Source of the DNA: Leptonemataceae bacterium
GTDB lineage: Bacteria > Spirochaetota > Leptospiria > Leptospirales > Leptonemataceae
Direction of reading: 5' to 3'
DNA length: 64,000 bases
NCBI GenBank assembly: GCA_965227295.1
Contig: OZ245742.1
Location: forward strand, 5,152,001-5,216,000
Within the stretch, counting starts at the first letter, position 1. Each line of letters starts with the position of its first letter. A program made the position numbers and the translations under genes. Shown one piece after another: positions 1 to 8,818 of the stretch. The notes under the pieces were generated by a model. That model saw nothing but the letters and a program-made list of their open reading frames with translations. It made no database searches and was not told where the DNA came from.

Positions 1-2
1 AA

Positions 3-1553
3 GCCGCGTCTTTCCCCGGCATAGCGCCGATCATAATCTACGATGCAAAGACACAATCTGTGCACAGTTACACCGGTGCCGGGACGGCTCCCGCCGCGGC
101 CAGCATCGAGGCCTTCGCGGAGCGCGGGCATACCGAAGTCATGCCCGATCTTTCCATCCTCTCGCAACTCGTGCCCGCATCGCCGGATGTAATCATCGCC
201 TTACTCAAAGACTACGGCACCATGTCCTTCGAGCAGGTCTCCGCGGCAGCGATCGAAACGGCGCGTGAGGGATTTCCGGTGCATCACATCATGCATCAAA
301 ACCTGAACTTCTCCATCATCGACCGCGTGGGATTTTCCGTACTGCTCTCCTACAATTCCGAAGTCTATCTCAAAGGCCAGGTCTGGCGGCCGCTGCACTA
401 CAAAGATCGGTTTACGCGACCGGACCTGGCGCGCACGCTTTCGGAGATGGCGCAGGCCGAGCGTGATGCGCGATCCGCCGGCGATTCGCGCAGTGCCGGC
501 CTCGATGCGGTGCGGCGACACTTTTACGAAGGGCCGATCGCCGAAAAGATCATCGCGCTGCACCGCAGCCAGGGCGGCCTCATGAACGCGAAAGACCTCG
601 CCGACTATCGCGGTTCCCTGGAAGAGCCGCTGCAATACACGTTTCGCGCGCCGTCGGGAAATTATACGATCTACACAAACGAAACCTGGAGCCAGGGCAT
701 CGCGTTCTTGATGATGCTGAACATGATCCAGGCCTACGGCCCGGAGCGCCTGCGCGAGCTCGGTCGCAACTCGGCCGAATACGTGCACACCCTGGCGCAA
801 ATCATAGACCTGGCCATGGCCGATCGGGACGCCTTCGCCGGCGACCCGCGCTTCGTCGACGTGCCTGTCAAACATCTACTCAGCCTAACGTACGCACAAA
901 AACGATTAGAGCAACGCGGCAAAGCGGCCTTTCCGGAATTGCCGTCCGCCGGAGTACCGCGCGGGGTCGCGCCGGGCAAAGATACCTCGTACCTGGCCGT
1001 CGTGGATCGCGCGGGGAACGCCGTATCATTGACTCCCAGCGATTTTCCGAAGTCCCCCATGGTGCCGGGCACCGGTCTCACCCTCGGCAACCGCATGATC
1101 CAGTTCCGCCTGGATCCGGAGTCCCCCAACGCCCTCGCCCCGGGCAAACGTCCGCGGGTGACGCCGCATGCCCTCATGGCAAAACGCAACGGCGAGTTCT
1201 ACATGGCCTTCGGCACGCCGGGCGGTGACATGCAGACCCAGGCCAATCTTCAGTTCCTCCTGAACCACGTACTGTTCGGCCTCGATGCGCAGGCGGCCGT
1301 GGAAGCGCCGCGCTTTCGTTCCCGTAATTTTCCGGACAGCTTCGCCCCGCACGAGATGCGACCGTCCGGCCTGGACCTCGAAGCGGAGCTGCATGCGAAG
1401 ATCGCCGGAGAGGTAAGTGCCTTAAGTTACGATGTACAGAAGTTTGATAAGTGGCTGAATCATTTCGGCGGCGTCGGCGCGGTCATTCGCAACGGCGGCA
1501 AGCTCTACGGCGCCGCCGATCCGCGCGAAGGAACCTGGGCGGCCGGAAAATAA
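3..1553 (+). CDS. ggt: Gamma-glutamyltransferase family protein (5' end lies outside the window)
   Basis: The frame is open from base 3. Motifs: DTSYLAVVDRAGNAVSLT (catalytic Thr), PGKRPRVT, GTPGGDMQTQ and the C-terminal GAADPR. Confidence 0.9.
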   Translation, partial: AASFPGIAPIIIYDAKTQSVHSYTGAGTAPAAASIEAFAERGHTEVMPDLSILSQLVPASPDVIIALLKDYGTMSFEQVSAAAIETAREGFPVHHIMHQNLNFSIIDRVGFSVLLSYNSEVYLKGQVWRPLHYKDRFTRPDLARTLSEMAQAERDARSAGDSRSAGLDAVRRHFYEGPIAEKIIALHRSQGGLMNAKDLADYRGSLEEPLQYTFRAPSGNYTIYTNETWSQGIAFLMMLNMIQAYGPERLRELGRNSAEYVHTLAQIIDLAMADRDAFAGDPRFVDVPVKHLLSLTYAQKRLEQRGKAAFPELPSAGVPRGVAPGKDTSYLAVVDRAGNAVSLTPSDFPKSPMVPGTGLTLGNRMIQFRLDPESPNALAPGKRPRVTPHALMAKRNGEFYMAFGTPGGDMQTQANLQFLLNHVLFGLDAQAAVEAPRFRSRNFPDSFAPHEMRPSGLDLEAELHAKIAGEVSALSYDVQKFDKWLNHFGGVGAVIRNGGKLYGAADPREGTWAAGK

Positions 1554-1579
1554 TCCGGCTCACTCCGCTCCGGCCGGCC

Positions 1580-1960
1580 TTACTTCGGATGAACCTTCTG
1601 AATCACGACGAGGTCCGCCGGCACCTCCTCTGCCTTGATGTCCGCCCAGGAACGGCCGCCGTCGTAACTGACCTTGAAGTCCACTTCACTTTTGTAACCG
1701 TTCGGAACGTTGCCGCGCCGGCTCTGAAGTATCGCAAGATACAACGCTTCCGCTTCCGCCGGCTGTTCCGTTCCGGCCGGACACTGTAGCTCCACGTGAA
1801 ACTCAAAGCTCGTATCGTTTTGTGAATGATAGGGATGCCCCGAGTAGTACATCCAGGTGCCGTGACCCACGTGCACGCGCTCTGCATCTCGCCCCGGATC
1901 GACAAAGATGTCGTACTTACCGTACAGGGCTTCGCGATCCTTTTCGATGATGATCTTCAC
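1580..1960 (-). CDS. Hypothetical protein, translationally coupled to the upstream activator
   Basis: 126-aa ORF. Its GTG start overlaps the activator stop (GTGA at 1957-1960). Confidence 0.6.
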   Translation of the reverse strand: MKIIIEKDREALYGKYDIFVDPGRDAERVHVGHGTWMYYSGHPYHSQNDTSFEFHVELQCPAGTEQPAEAEALYLAILQSRRGNVPNGYKSEVDFKVSYDGGRSWADIKAEEVPADLVVIQKVHPK

Positions 1961-3609
1961 TTGACGCGCACCTCGGTTACGTATTCGACTCCCAGCGTTC
2001 GCAGCTGATAGTCCAGCGTCTGCGGGCTGATACCGAGCAACTCCGCCGCCTTGCGTTTGTTGCCGGCGCTCTGCTTCAGCGCGCGCAGGATCATGGCTTT
2101 TTTGTAGTCATCGACGCGCTCTTTGAAATCCAGGGGGAACGTCGTCTCCGGAGCGAGTCCTTCGCCAGGCGACAAATCTCCGGGAACCGATGCCGGTGAC
2201 GCATTGCCGCGCAGACGCTCCAGATCGATGCGTCCCACGTCGGACACATCCAGGATCTCCGAGTTTACCCCGGCCATGCTTCGAATCAACACGTTTTGCA
2301 GCTCACGCACGTTACCCGGCCACGCGTAGCCCTGAAGAATCCTTAACAATTCTGGAGAAAGACTTTGTACCTTCGATCCCAACGCCCGGGCCTCGCTGCG
2401 GATGATGTGATCCGCGAGACCGCTTAAATCTTCCCGGCGCCGACGCAGGGGCGGCAACAGAATCTGGAACACCGAAATACGATAAAACAAGTCTTCGCGA
2501 AAATTGCCGCGGCGCACTTCCTCTTCGAGATTGCGGTTGGTCGCGAATAAGAACCGACAGCGGGCGCGTTGATTGCGCTCGGAACCGATGGGACGATAGC
2601 TGCCGTCTTGCAAAAGCCGCAGCAGCTTACCCTGCATGGACGCCGGCATCTCCCCGATCTCGTCGAAGAAAAGACAGCCCCCGGCGGCCTGCTCAATGAA
2701 ACCGCGATGCGAACGCCGGGCATCCGTAAAGGCCCCCTTGCGATAGCCGAAGACCTCGGCCTCCCACAAAGACTCCGGGATCGCGGCGCAGTTCACGGCC
2801 GTGAACTCCCCGTCCTTCGACAAAGTTCTTGCCACTAACTCTTTACCGGTACCGGTTTCCCCTTGAATCAAGACCGGGTAATCATGCTCCGCCCATTCCC
2901 GCACCTGCGCCAGCACCCGGGCCATCCGCCGCCCGCGATAGACCAAACCGGACGGCGTGGACCGGACGCGCCGCTCCGCCTGCCTGCCTCCCGGCGCGCC
3001 CAGGTAGGTCGTGAGCCGGTCCAGCTCCGCCGCACTCGTGCGTTGCCAGGCCTCCAACTGCCATTGAAAATAAAAGTTACGCAGGATCACCGCCAGCGGA
3101 CGGCGCAGTTCTTCCACCCGGGCGAGGACCGCGGCCGCCCTGCCCGCGGTTTCGCCGGCAAACAAAAAACCGGCGATCTCTCCGCGTAGAATGAGCGGCA
3201 CGGAGTAACGATAGCCTCGATCGCCGAAGGCGCGCAGTTGAACCTCGAAGCTGCGTGCGATCTGCGGATAGCCCGCGAACTCAGCACGCCCCACCAACGA
3301 ACTGCGCTTCAGGTCCTCGATGTCCAGCATACGCTCGAACAGCGGACGCAGTCGGGGATGGATGGGGCGTCCGGCCCGCGGCAGGATCGGCCCCGGAAAC
3401 GGCAGAATCCCCCGGCGCAGTTGTTCTTTACCGCCCGAGCGTTTCGGAAGGTCCAGCGACGTAAAGGCCAGACGTCGGTGACGATCGAAGGCGGTGAGAA
3501 AGAGACGATGGAACGGAAGCTCCCGGGCAAGCCGCCGCACGAGAATATCGAGGAGCTCACCGGCCTCCCCCGGATGATCCAGGACTTCGGGCTCGAAGAG
3601 GTAGTTCAT
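1957..3609 (-). CDS. Sigma54-dependent enhancer-binding activator (GAF-like N-terminus, AAA+, Fis-type HTH)
   Basis: Walker A GETGTGKE, GAFTDA loop, FFDEIGEM, FREDLFYR, WPGNVREL, and C-terminal GNKRKAAELLGIS. Confidence 0.93.
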   Translation of the reverse strand: MNYLFEPEVLDHPGEAGELLDILVRRLARELPFHRLFLTAFDRHRRLAFTSLDLPKRSGGKEQLRRGILPFPGPILPRAGRPIHPRLRPLFERMLDIEDLKRSSLVGRAEFAGYPQIARSFEVQLRAFGDRGYRYSVPLILRGEIAGFLFAGETAGRAAAVLARVEELRRPLAVILRNFYFQWQLEAWQRTSAAELDRLTTYLGAPGGRQAERRVRSTPSGLVYRGRRMARVLAQVREWAEHDYPVLIQGETGTGKELVARTLSKDGEFTAVNCAAIPESLWEAEVFGYRKGAFTDARRSHRGFIEQAAGGCLFFDEIGEMPASMQGKLLRLLQDGSYRPIGSERNQRARCRFLFATNRNLEEEVRRGNFREDLFYRISVFQILLPPLRRRREDLSGLADHIIRSEARALGSKVQSLSPELLRILQGYAWPGNVRELQNVLIRSMAGVNSEILDVSDVGRIDLERLRGNASPASVPGDLSPGEGLAPETTFPLDFKERVDDYKKAMILRALKQSAGNKRKAAELLGISPQTLDYQLRTLGVEYVTEVRVK

Positions 3610-3701
3610 ACGATACTTTTGATAAAATCTTATTAATTGTATACTGTCAAAATATTTTTACATTGGATCGGCGCACAGGGTCTTTTCGGCAATGTCTGCG
3701 C

Positions 3702-3717
3702 GGGCACGAGAATTGCT
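3702..3717 (+). promoter_or_regulatory. Sigma54 (-24/-12) promoter
   Basis: GGGCACGagaaTTGCT gives GG-N10-GC (GG 3703-3704, GC 3715-3716), matching TGGCACG-N4-TTGC. It is divergent from a sigma54 activator gene. Confidence 0.75.
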
Positions 3718-3728
3718 TTTCGTTCGGC

Positions 3729-4070
3729 ATGGACCTGCATGCATACCGGCTCCCCGAAGCAACGGGGGCCTTTCGAGTCATCGAGGAAGGCGGGCGCTCT
3801 TACATTCTGGTACGGGACGCACAGGGGCGACCGCGCTGTTTTTTGAACCAGTGTCGCCACCGCGGTGCGCGCCTGGAAAACCGGGAGTCCGGAGTCACCC
3901 GGGTGTTCGTCTGCCCGTATCATGCCTGGAGCTACGATACGAACGGGACGTTGCGCAATCTGCCGTACAAAGAATGCTTTACCGAACTCGACTTCACGGA
4001 GTTGAACCTGATCGAGACCGCGGACTTCGCCGAAAGAGAAGCTCCGGCGTCGGCGAAGGAGCCCGCATGA
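3729..4070 (+). CDS. Stand-alone Rieske [2Fe-2S] domain protein (oxygenase type)
   Basis: NQCRHRG and VCPYHAWSY ligand motifs. ATG at 3729 lies just downstream of the sigma54 promoter. Confidence 0.85.
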   Translation: MDLHAYRLPEATGAFRVIEEGGRSYILVRDAQGRPRCFLNQCRHRGARLENRESGVTRVFVCPYHAWSYDTNGTLRNLPYKECFTELDFTELNLIETADFAEREAPASAKEPA

Positions 4071-5032
4071 AGTTCTTCGAAGAAGACCGCGCCCTGGAGT
4101 TTTGCCGCTCCCCACATCGTCCGGAGCTGCCGCCGTCGGCTCGTTTCGATGTCCGCCGTTACGTCGACGCGAGTCGATTCGAACGGGAACGCCGGCGCGT
4201 CTTCGCGCATCACCCCGTGATGGCCCTGCACGCCTCCGAACTTCCCGTCGATGGTGTCGTAGAAACGGCGGTCAGCGGACAGGACGTCCGACTGCGGCGC
4301 GTGGCGGAGTCGCCCGGGGTCGAGGCCCGGAACGCAGACGGGCAACGGATCGCGGCGCTGATCCGCTATGGTTTCGTATGGCTGTACGCCGGCGAACTTG
4401 ACGACGCCACGATCGATGCGCACCTGGGCGAACTGCTCACCACGGATTTACGCGCCGCCGGCACGGAAACATTGCGGGTTTTCGCAGTAACTTCTACTGA
4501 TTGGAACTTTAACTGGAAGCTGGCCGTTGAAGCCGCTCTCGAAAGTTATCACTTTCGCATCGCCCATGCAAAGACCATCGGCGGGGCCTTCGACGATCAA
4601 TCCGCCTGCCTCAGTCAGAGCCGACTGCACCACCGCGCCGTGATCCCGCGCAACGGAGTCTCCGCAAAAAACAAACGCCTGCGGGACCGGGCCTTCGTAA
4701 CGTATAACGTTTTCCCGAACTCCCTGTTTTTCGTAAACCGGCGCCACTGCGACTGGCTGCGCGTGATTCCTCTGTCCGTGAATCGCAGCCGTTTGTCCAT
4801 CGCCACCCTGGTCCCGGCAAGCGTGCCGGACACCCCGCGGGCCCGCGAGTATTTCCGGAGCAATCATGAATTTACGTGCGAGATCGTACGGGAGGACTCG
4901 GCGATCAATCTGTCCCAGCAAAAAAACTTCGCGGCCAACCCGGAGATACCGGTCTATTTCGGCGGCCTCGAGGGCGGCCTCACGACCTTCAATCGATGCA
5001 TCGACGCCATGCTTGAGCTCAGAACGCCTTAA
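4067..5032 (+). CDS. Rieske oxygenase alpha-subunit catalytic (SRPBCC) part lacking the cluster-binding motifs
   Basis: AAGGAG RBS and ATGA overlap with the upstream gene. N-terminal RYVDASRFERERRRVF, mononuclear-iron motif NWKLAVEAALESYHFRIAH and a later ED. No CxH or CxxH motif. Confidence 0.85.
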   Translation: MKFFEEDRALEFCRSPHRPELPPSARFDVRRYVDASRFERERRRVFAHHPVMALHASELPVDGVVETAVSGQDVRLRRVAESPGVEARNADGQRIAALIRYGFVWLYAGELDDATIDAHLGELLTTDLRAAGTETLRVFAVTSTDWNFNWKLAVEAALESYHFRIAHAKTIGGAFDDQSACLSQSRLHHRAVIPRNGVSAKNKRLRDRAFVTYNVFPNSLFFVNRRHCDWLRVIPLSVNRSRLSIATLVPASVPDTPRAREYFRSNHEFTCEIVREDSAINLSQQKNFAANPEIPVYFGGLEGGLTTFNRCIDAMLELRTP

Positions 5033-5927
5033 GATTCGCGAAAACGTTCTTAATTTTTGCAAGCAGGCGTTCCGGCGCGCGCAACCGGCGGTTCGTGCGA
5101 AAGATCACCGCGAGACGTTCGATGCGTTCGGTTTCTTCCAGGGCCGCTTCGCTTAATGTCAGGCGAACGTCACTTTGCCGCTGAAGCACGCCGACGCCCT
5201 CCTCCCGGGGCACCGCCCGGCCGAGCTCCGCCGCGTAACGCAGATACGGTTCGTAGCCGCGCTGTTGTTTCGCGTAGGCGATGCGACGATCACAGCGGCA
5301 GGGATTCTTCGCGTTCATGAGGCCGCAATGATCCTCCAGAAAACTCCCCAGTCGCTGCCGGGCCCGCGCGAGTCGCTGGCGATAGGCGTCGGCCGTGATG
5401 CCGAGCACCTCCGCGGCCTCGGGCCCTTTCATGGCGAAGACCTCGCCGAGCAAAAAGGCCATACGCCCCTCACGATCCAGGCAGGCCAGCATCGCATGGG
5501 TGCACGCGGCCTTCACGTTCTCCGCGAGATCGTTCAGTTCCTCACCGTCTTCGAGGGCCAGCAGCGCCGGGTCCTCACTGCCCGCCCGCAGTTCACCGGC
5601 GATGTCCTCGAAGGAAACGCCGGCACGCTCAAAGCGAGTGCGCCGGGTCTTCTTTGCGTCGATGAGATAGTTCACCGCGATGCGATGCGCCCAGGTGGAA
5701 AACGCGCTCTTGAACTCGAACTGATTCAGATGCAACACGATCTTCAGTAAGATTTCCTGCGTCGCATCCTCGGCATCTTCCGGATGCCACAGAAACTTTT
5801 GCGCGAGATTGTAGACGCGCTCCTGGATCGAAGCGACGATGCTTTCGAGGGCCTCCAGGTCGCCGCGATGCAACGCGCGGTCGATCCAGTCGGCGTAAGT
5901 TTCGTTGGATGGTTCTTTAAGATTCAT
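5019..5927 (-). CDS. ECF sigma-70 factor with Cys-rich C-terminal extension
   Basis: Region 2: DAEDATQEILLKI and FSTWAHRIAVN. Region 4: EAAEVLGITADAYRQRLARAR. The extension contains CGLMNAKNPCRC. Confidence 0.88.
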   Translation of the reverse strand: MNLKEPSNETYADWIDRALHRGDLEALESIVASIQERVYNLAQKFLWHPEDAEDATQEILLKIVLHLNQFEFKSAFSTWAHRIAVNYLIDAKKTRRTRFERAGVSFEDIAGELRAGSEDPALLALEDGEELNDLAENVKAACTHAMLACLDREGRMAFLLGEVFAMKGPEAAEVLGITADAYRQRLARARQRLGSFLEDHCGLMNAKNPCRCDRRIAYAKQQRGYEPYLRYAAELGRAVPREEGVGVLQRQSDVRLTLSEAALEETERIERLAVIFRTNRRLRAPERLLAKIKNVFANLKAF

Positions 5928-5956
5928 CTCAGCGTGCAACCACCGGGGCGCAGACT

Positions 5957-6337
5957 TCAGTCTTTCTTCCCGGCGAGTAACGTCAACACCAGCGCCACGA
6001 GGGCCGGACCGCCCTGGGTAAACAGGATCGAAAACTTGGCCGTGGCCCCGCCGACGATACCGGCGACAATCACACAGAGCAAGAAAAACATCGTGTTCTT
6101 GTATGCGTGGGCGCGATCCGCAATGAAATACAGGGCCCAGAATAGCCCGGCCGCCAGGAATCCGTTGTAGAGGCCCTGATTGAACGCGAGGGTCGCGGAA
6201 ATCGCGGCCTGCTCGGCGGTCATTTTAAAGATTTTCAGACCCCACTCCGGCGATTCCCACAGGAACATTTCCAGGATCATAATAAATACGTGCTCCACGG
6301 CGACCAGGGTCGCGAAGACTTTTGCTGCGATTTTCAT
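5957..6337 (-). CDS. DUF1304-family membrane protein
   Basis: EHVFIMILEMFLW and NQGLYNGFLAAGL signatures; four hydrophobic segments. Confidence 0.85.
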   Translation of the reverse strand: MKIAAKVFATLVAVEHVFIMILEMFLWESPEWGLKIFKMTAEQAAISATLAFNQGLYNGFLAAGLFWALYFIADRAHAYKNTMFFLLCVIVAGIVGGATAKFSILFTQGGPALVALVLTLLAGKKD

Positions 6338-6368
6338 AGCTATACTTCCGTTCAGTTTTAACGGATTA

Positions 6369-6395
6369 GACCGGGGCCGACCGGCGACTGTGACA
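6369..6395 (-). promoter_or_regulatory. Putative ECF (ECF41-like) promoter for the DUF1304-sigma operon
   Basis: The minus strand reads TGTCACA-N16-GGTC, close to the TGTCACA-N16-CGTC motif, about 30 nt upstream of the DUF1304 start. Confidence 0.55.
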
Positions 6396-6457
6396 GGCTA
6401 CGGAGAAAAAAGTACGAACCGCTCGCCGCCCGGTCCGGCCCGGGTTTTCCTGTCCCC

Positions 6458-7378
6458 ATGACCCTGACCCAGCTCCGCTACGTCGTCGCCGTGGACCGCT
6501 ACGGCAGTTTTGCCGGCGCCGCGAGGCAATGCCTCGTAACCCAGCCGACGCTGTCGCTGCAGATCCAGAAGTTTGAGCAGGAGATCGGACAGGAGATCTT
6601 CGATCGCCGCAAGAATCCGGTAACGACGACCGGCTACGGCCGCAGGATCGTGGACCAGGCGAAGGCCGTCCTGCGCGAGGCGGACAAAATCTCGGAGATG
6701 TTCGTCGAACAAGACGAGGAGCCGTCGGGGGAAATCTCCATCGGCATGATTCCGACGATCTCTTCGTACCTCATGCCGCATCTTTACAAGAACTTAAGTA
6801 AACGGTACAAGAAGTTAGAGTTTCGCATCTACGAACTGCCCACCACACAGATCATCGACCAAATTGAAAAAGAAGAGCTGGAACTGGGTGTCCTGGCCAC
6901 GCCGCTGCACATGAAACCCTTCGTCGAAACGCCGCTCTACTACGAACCCTTCGTGGCCTATTTCCCGAAGAACTACAAGGGCAAGCGTGAAAAGCTTACG
7001 TTTGAGAACATCGAGCAGACCGGCCAGGAGTTGATCCTGCTCGGGGAAGAACACTGCTTTCGCAACCAATCGTTACAGGTTTGCGGTCGCGCCGCCGCCG
7101 GCAAACTGGAATGCGGTTCTCTGGACACCATCAAGAAGATGGTGGACCTCGGCGCCGGCATGACGCTCCTGCCGCTGCTTTCCCTCGGCAAGGCCGAGAT
7201 GAATCGTTCCGGTCGTTTCGCCGAACCGCAGCCGGCGCGGGAAGTGAGCCTCATTTATAAAAAGGGTTTTTACAAAAAGAAAGTCCTCTCCGCCGTGCGG
7301 GACGTGATCCTCGAAGCGGTACCGGAAGAGCTGCGCCGCAAAGAAGGACGGCGTCTGATCGGAATCGACGTGGTGTAA
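6458..7378 (+). CDS. oxyR: Hydrogen peroxide-inducible LysR-type regulator OxyR
   Basis: LysR HTH (VTQPTLSLQIQKFE). Redox Cys pair EEHCFRNQSLQVC (C-x8-C). Located upstream of ahpCF. Confidence 0.9.
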   Translation: MTLTQLRYVVAVDRYGSFAGAARQCLVTQPTLSLQIQKFEQEIGQEIFDRRKNPVTTTGYGRRIVDQAKAVLREADKISEMFVEQDEEPSGEISIGMIPTISSYLMPHLYKNLSKRYKKLEFRIYELPTTQIIDQIEKEELELGVLATPLHMKPFVETPLYYEPFVAYFPKNYKGKREKLTFENIEQTGQELILLGEEHCFRNQSLQVCGRAAAGKLECGSLDTIKKMVDLGAGMTLLPLLSLGKAEMNRSGRFAEPQPAREVSLIYKKGFYKKKVLSAVRDVILEAVPEELRRKEGRRLIGIDVV

Positions 7379-7380
7379 AG

Positions 7381-7943
7381 GCCGCATCGACCCGGACGAT
7401 GGGTTGCGCTCAGCTATCGTAGCGTTTCCTACGACGAAGACGCCGTTCCGGTCCGCCTTACCCCGGTCCCCGACATGACCTCCGTTCGTCAGCTGGAACC
7501 AGTTGTGACCAAAAAAGGCTTAATACACACGGACCGCAACTTACACCACGATTCGGGACGTTTACGAACAACCTGAGCGTTGCCGGTAGTTCAAGAGCTG
7601 CGGTTCGCAACTGGCGTGAGAAATATGAAGTTAGTTGCGGAATTGTGAAGGGGTTTTTATGGCTACGGCGAAGCGGGAGTTGTGGTATGTCGTTTTGGTA
7701 CGAATGCTGCGTTCGACCCGGACGTTGGTGTGTCGGAAAACGGGGATAAGTCATAGCGTTTCCTACGACGAAGACGCCGTTCCGGTCCGCCTTACCCCGG
7801 TTCCCGACATGACCTCCGTTCGTCAGCTGGAACCAGTTGTGACCAAAAAAGGATTAATACACACTGACCGCAACTTACACCACGATTCGGGGCATACACC
7901 GACAACCCGAACGTTTCCGGTAGTTCCAGAGCCGGGGTTCGCA
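7381..7943 (+). repeat. Tandem array (~1.7 copies) of a 334-bp non-coding unit
   Basis: 7420-7557 and 7754-7891 are 138-bp direct repeats with 3 mismatches. The flanks also align (tcgacccggacg; ccggtagttc..ggttcgca). The same family occurs inverted at 27540-28456. Confidence 0.95.
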
Positions 7944-7959
7944 GCGGCCCGGCCAGCCT

Positions 7960-8024
7960 ATAGCCTGCGACAATGTCATCATTGACACTATTTATTTGCG
8001 CAATGCACCAGAATCGGTTATGTT
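7960..8024 (+). promoter_or_regulatory. Putative OxyR box and sigma70 promoter of ahpC
   Basis: ATAG-N7-CAAT-N6-ATTG-N7-TTAT (7960-7995) abuts -35 TTGCGC (7996-8001), followed by N17 and -10 TATGTT (8019-8024). Confidence 0.55.
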
Positions 8025-8088
8025 ATGCACCATAGTCGGGAGGAAAACTCCCGCGGAACGAACTGATAATTACAAGGAGTATCAGCAA

Positions 8089-8652
8089 ATGTCAATGATC
8101 AACAAAACTATTCCGGACTTCAAGGTAGAGGCGTACCACGACGGCGAATTTCGCACCATCAGCAGTGCCGACGTCAAAGGCAAATGGTCCGTCTTTTTCT
8201 TTTATCCGGCGGACTTTACGTTCGTTTGCCCCACGGAACTGGGCGACCTGGCCGATTTCTATCCGCAACTGCGGGCGGCCGGCGTGGAAGTCTACAGCGT
8301 TTCCACCGATACGCACTTCGTCCACAAGGCCTGGCACGAAGCCAGTGAAACCATCCGCAAGATCGAATTCCCGATGCTCGGCGATCCCGCCGGCGTTCTC
8401 GCCCGCGGCTTCGACGTGATGATCGAAGAAGACGGTCTTGCTCTGCGCGGCACCTTCGTGGCCGATCCGGAAGGCGTGATCAAGATCGCCGAGATCAACG
8501 ATCTGGGCATCGGTCGCTCCGCCGAAGAGCTCGTCCGCAAGGTCAAAGCGGCTCAGTACGTCGCCGAACACGACGGCGAAGTCTGCCCGGCCAAATGGCA
8601 GCCGGGGGAAGCCACGCTGAAGCCCTCCCTCGATCTCGTGGGCAAAATCTGA
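8089..8652 (+). CDS. ahpC: Alkyl hydroperoxide reductase C (2-Cys peroxiredoxin)
   Basis: FFYPADFTFVCPTEL and GEVCPAKW motifs; AAGGAG RBS. Confidence 0.97.
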   Translation: MSMINKTIPDFKVEAYHDGEFRTISSADVKGKWSVFFFYPADFTFVCPTELGDLADFYPQLRAAGVEVYSVSTDTHFVHKAWHEASETIRKIEFPMLGDPAGVLARGFDVMIEEDGLALRGTFVADPEGVIKIAEINDLGIGRSAEELVRKVKAAQYVAEHDGEVCPAKWQPGEATLKPSLDLVGKI

Positions 8653-8659
8653 ATCAGCC

Positions 8660-8762
8660 TCGCCCCACCCGCTCCGGCCCGCGCACAAAGCGGGCCTCCG
8701 GGATGGGGCGAAACTGACAGTTATGAATCCATCGCGGCTGCCCCGGCTTCGGGGCGTCGCAT
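8660..8762 (+). other. Two intercistronic stem-loops between ahpC and ahpF
   Basis: tcgcccca..ggcccgc-gcacaaa-gcgggcc..tggggcga (8660-8711) and gccccg-gctt-cggggc. Confidence 0.6.
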
Positions 8763-8818
8763 CATGCAATCATATTCTATTTATTTAACACGTTAATTAT
8801 TTAAACCGGAGATACGTC

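Noticed and set aside
3692..4066. N-terminal extension of the 446-aa ORF 3692-5032
   Set aside because: It overlaps the Rieske gene in another frame and is Arg/Pro-rich nonsense. The RBS and ATGA coupling support the start at 4067.
7381..7943. CRISPR array interpretation of the repeats (also 27540-28456)
   Set aside because: The repeats are over 130 bp, the intervening segments are homologous to each other rather than unique spacers, and no cas genes are present.
7458..7985. ORFs 7458-7754(-) and 7635-7985(+), and similar short ORFs at 27304-28595
   Set aside because: They lie within the repeat unit. The frame is not conserved between copies and substitutions show no codon-position bias.
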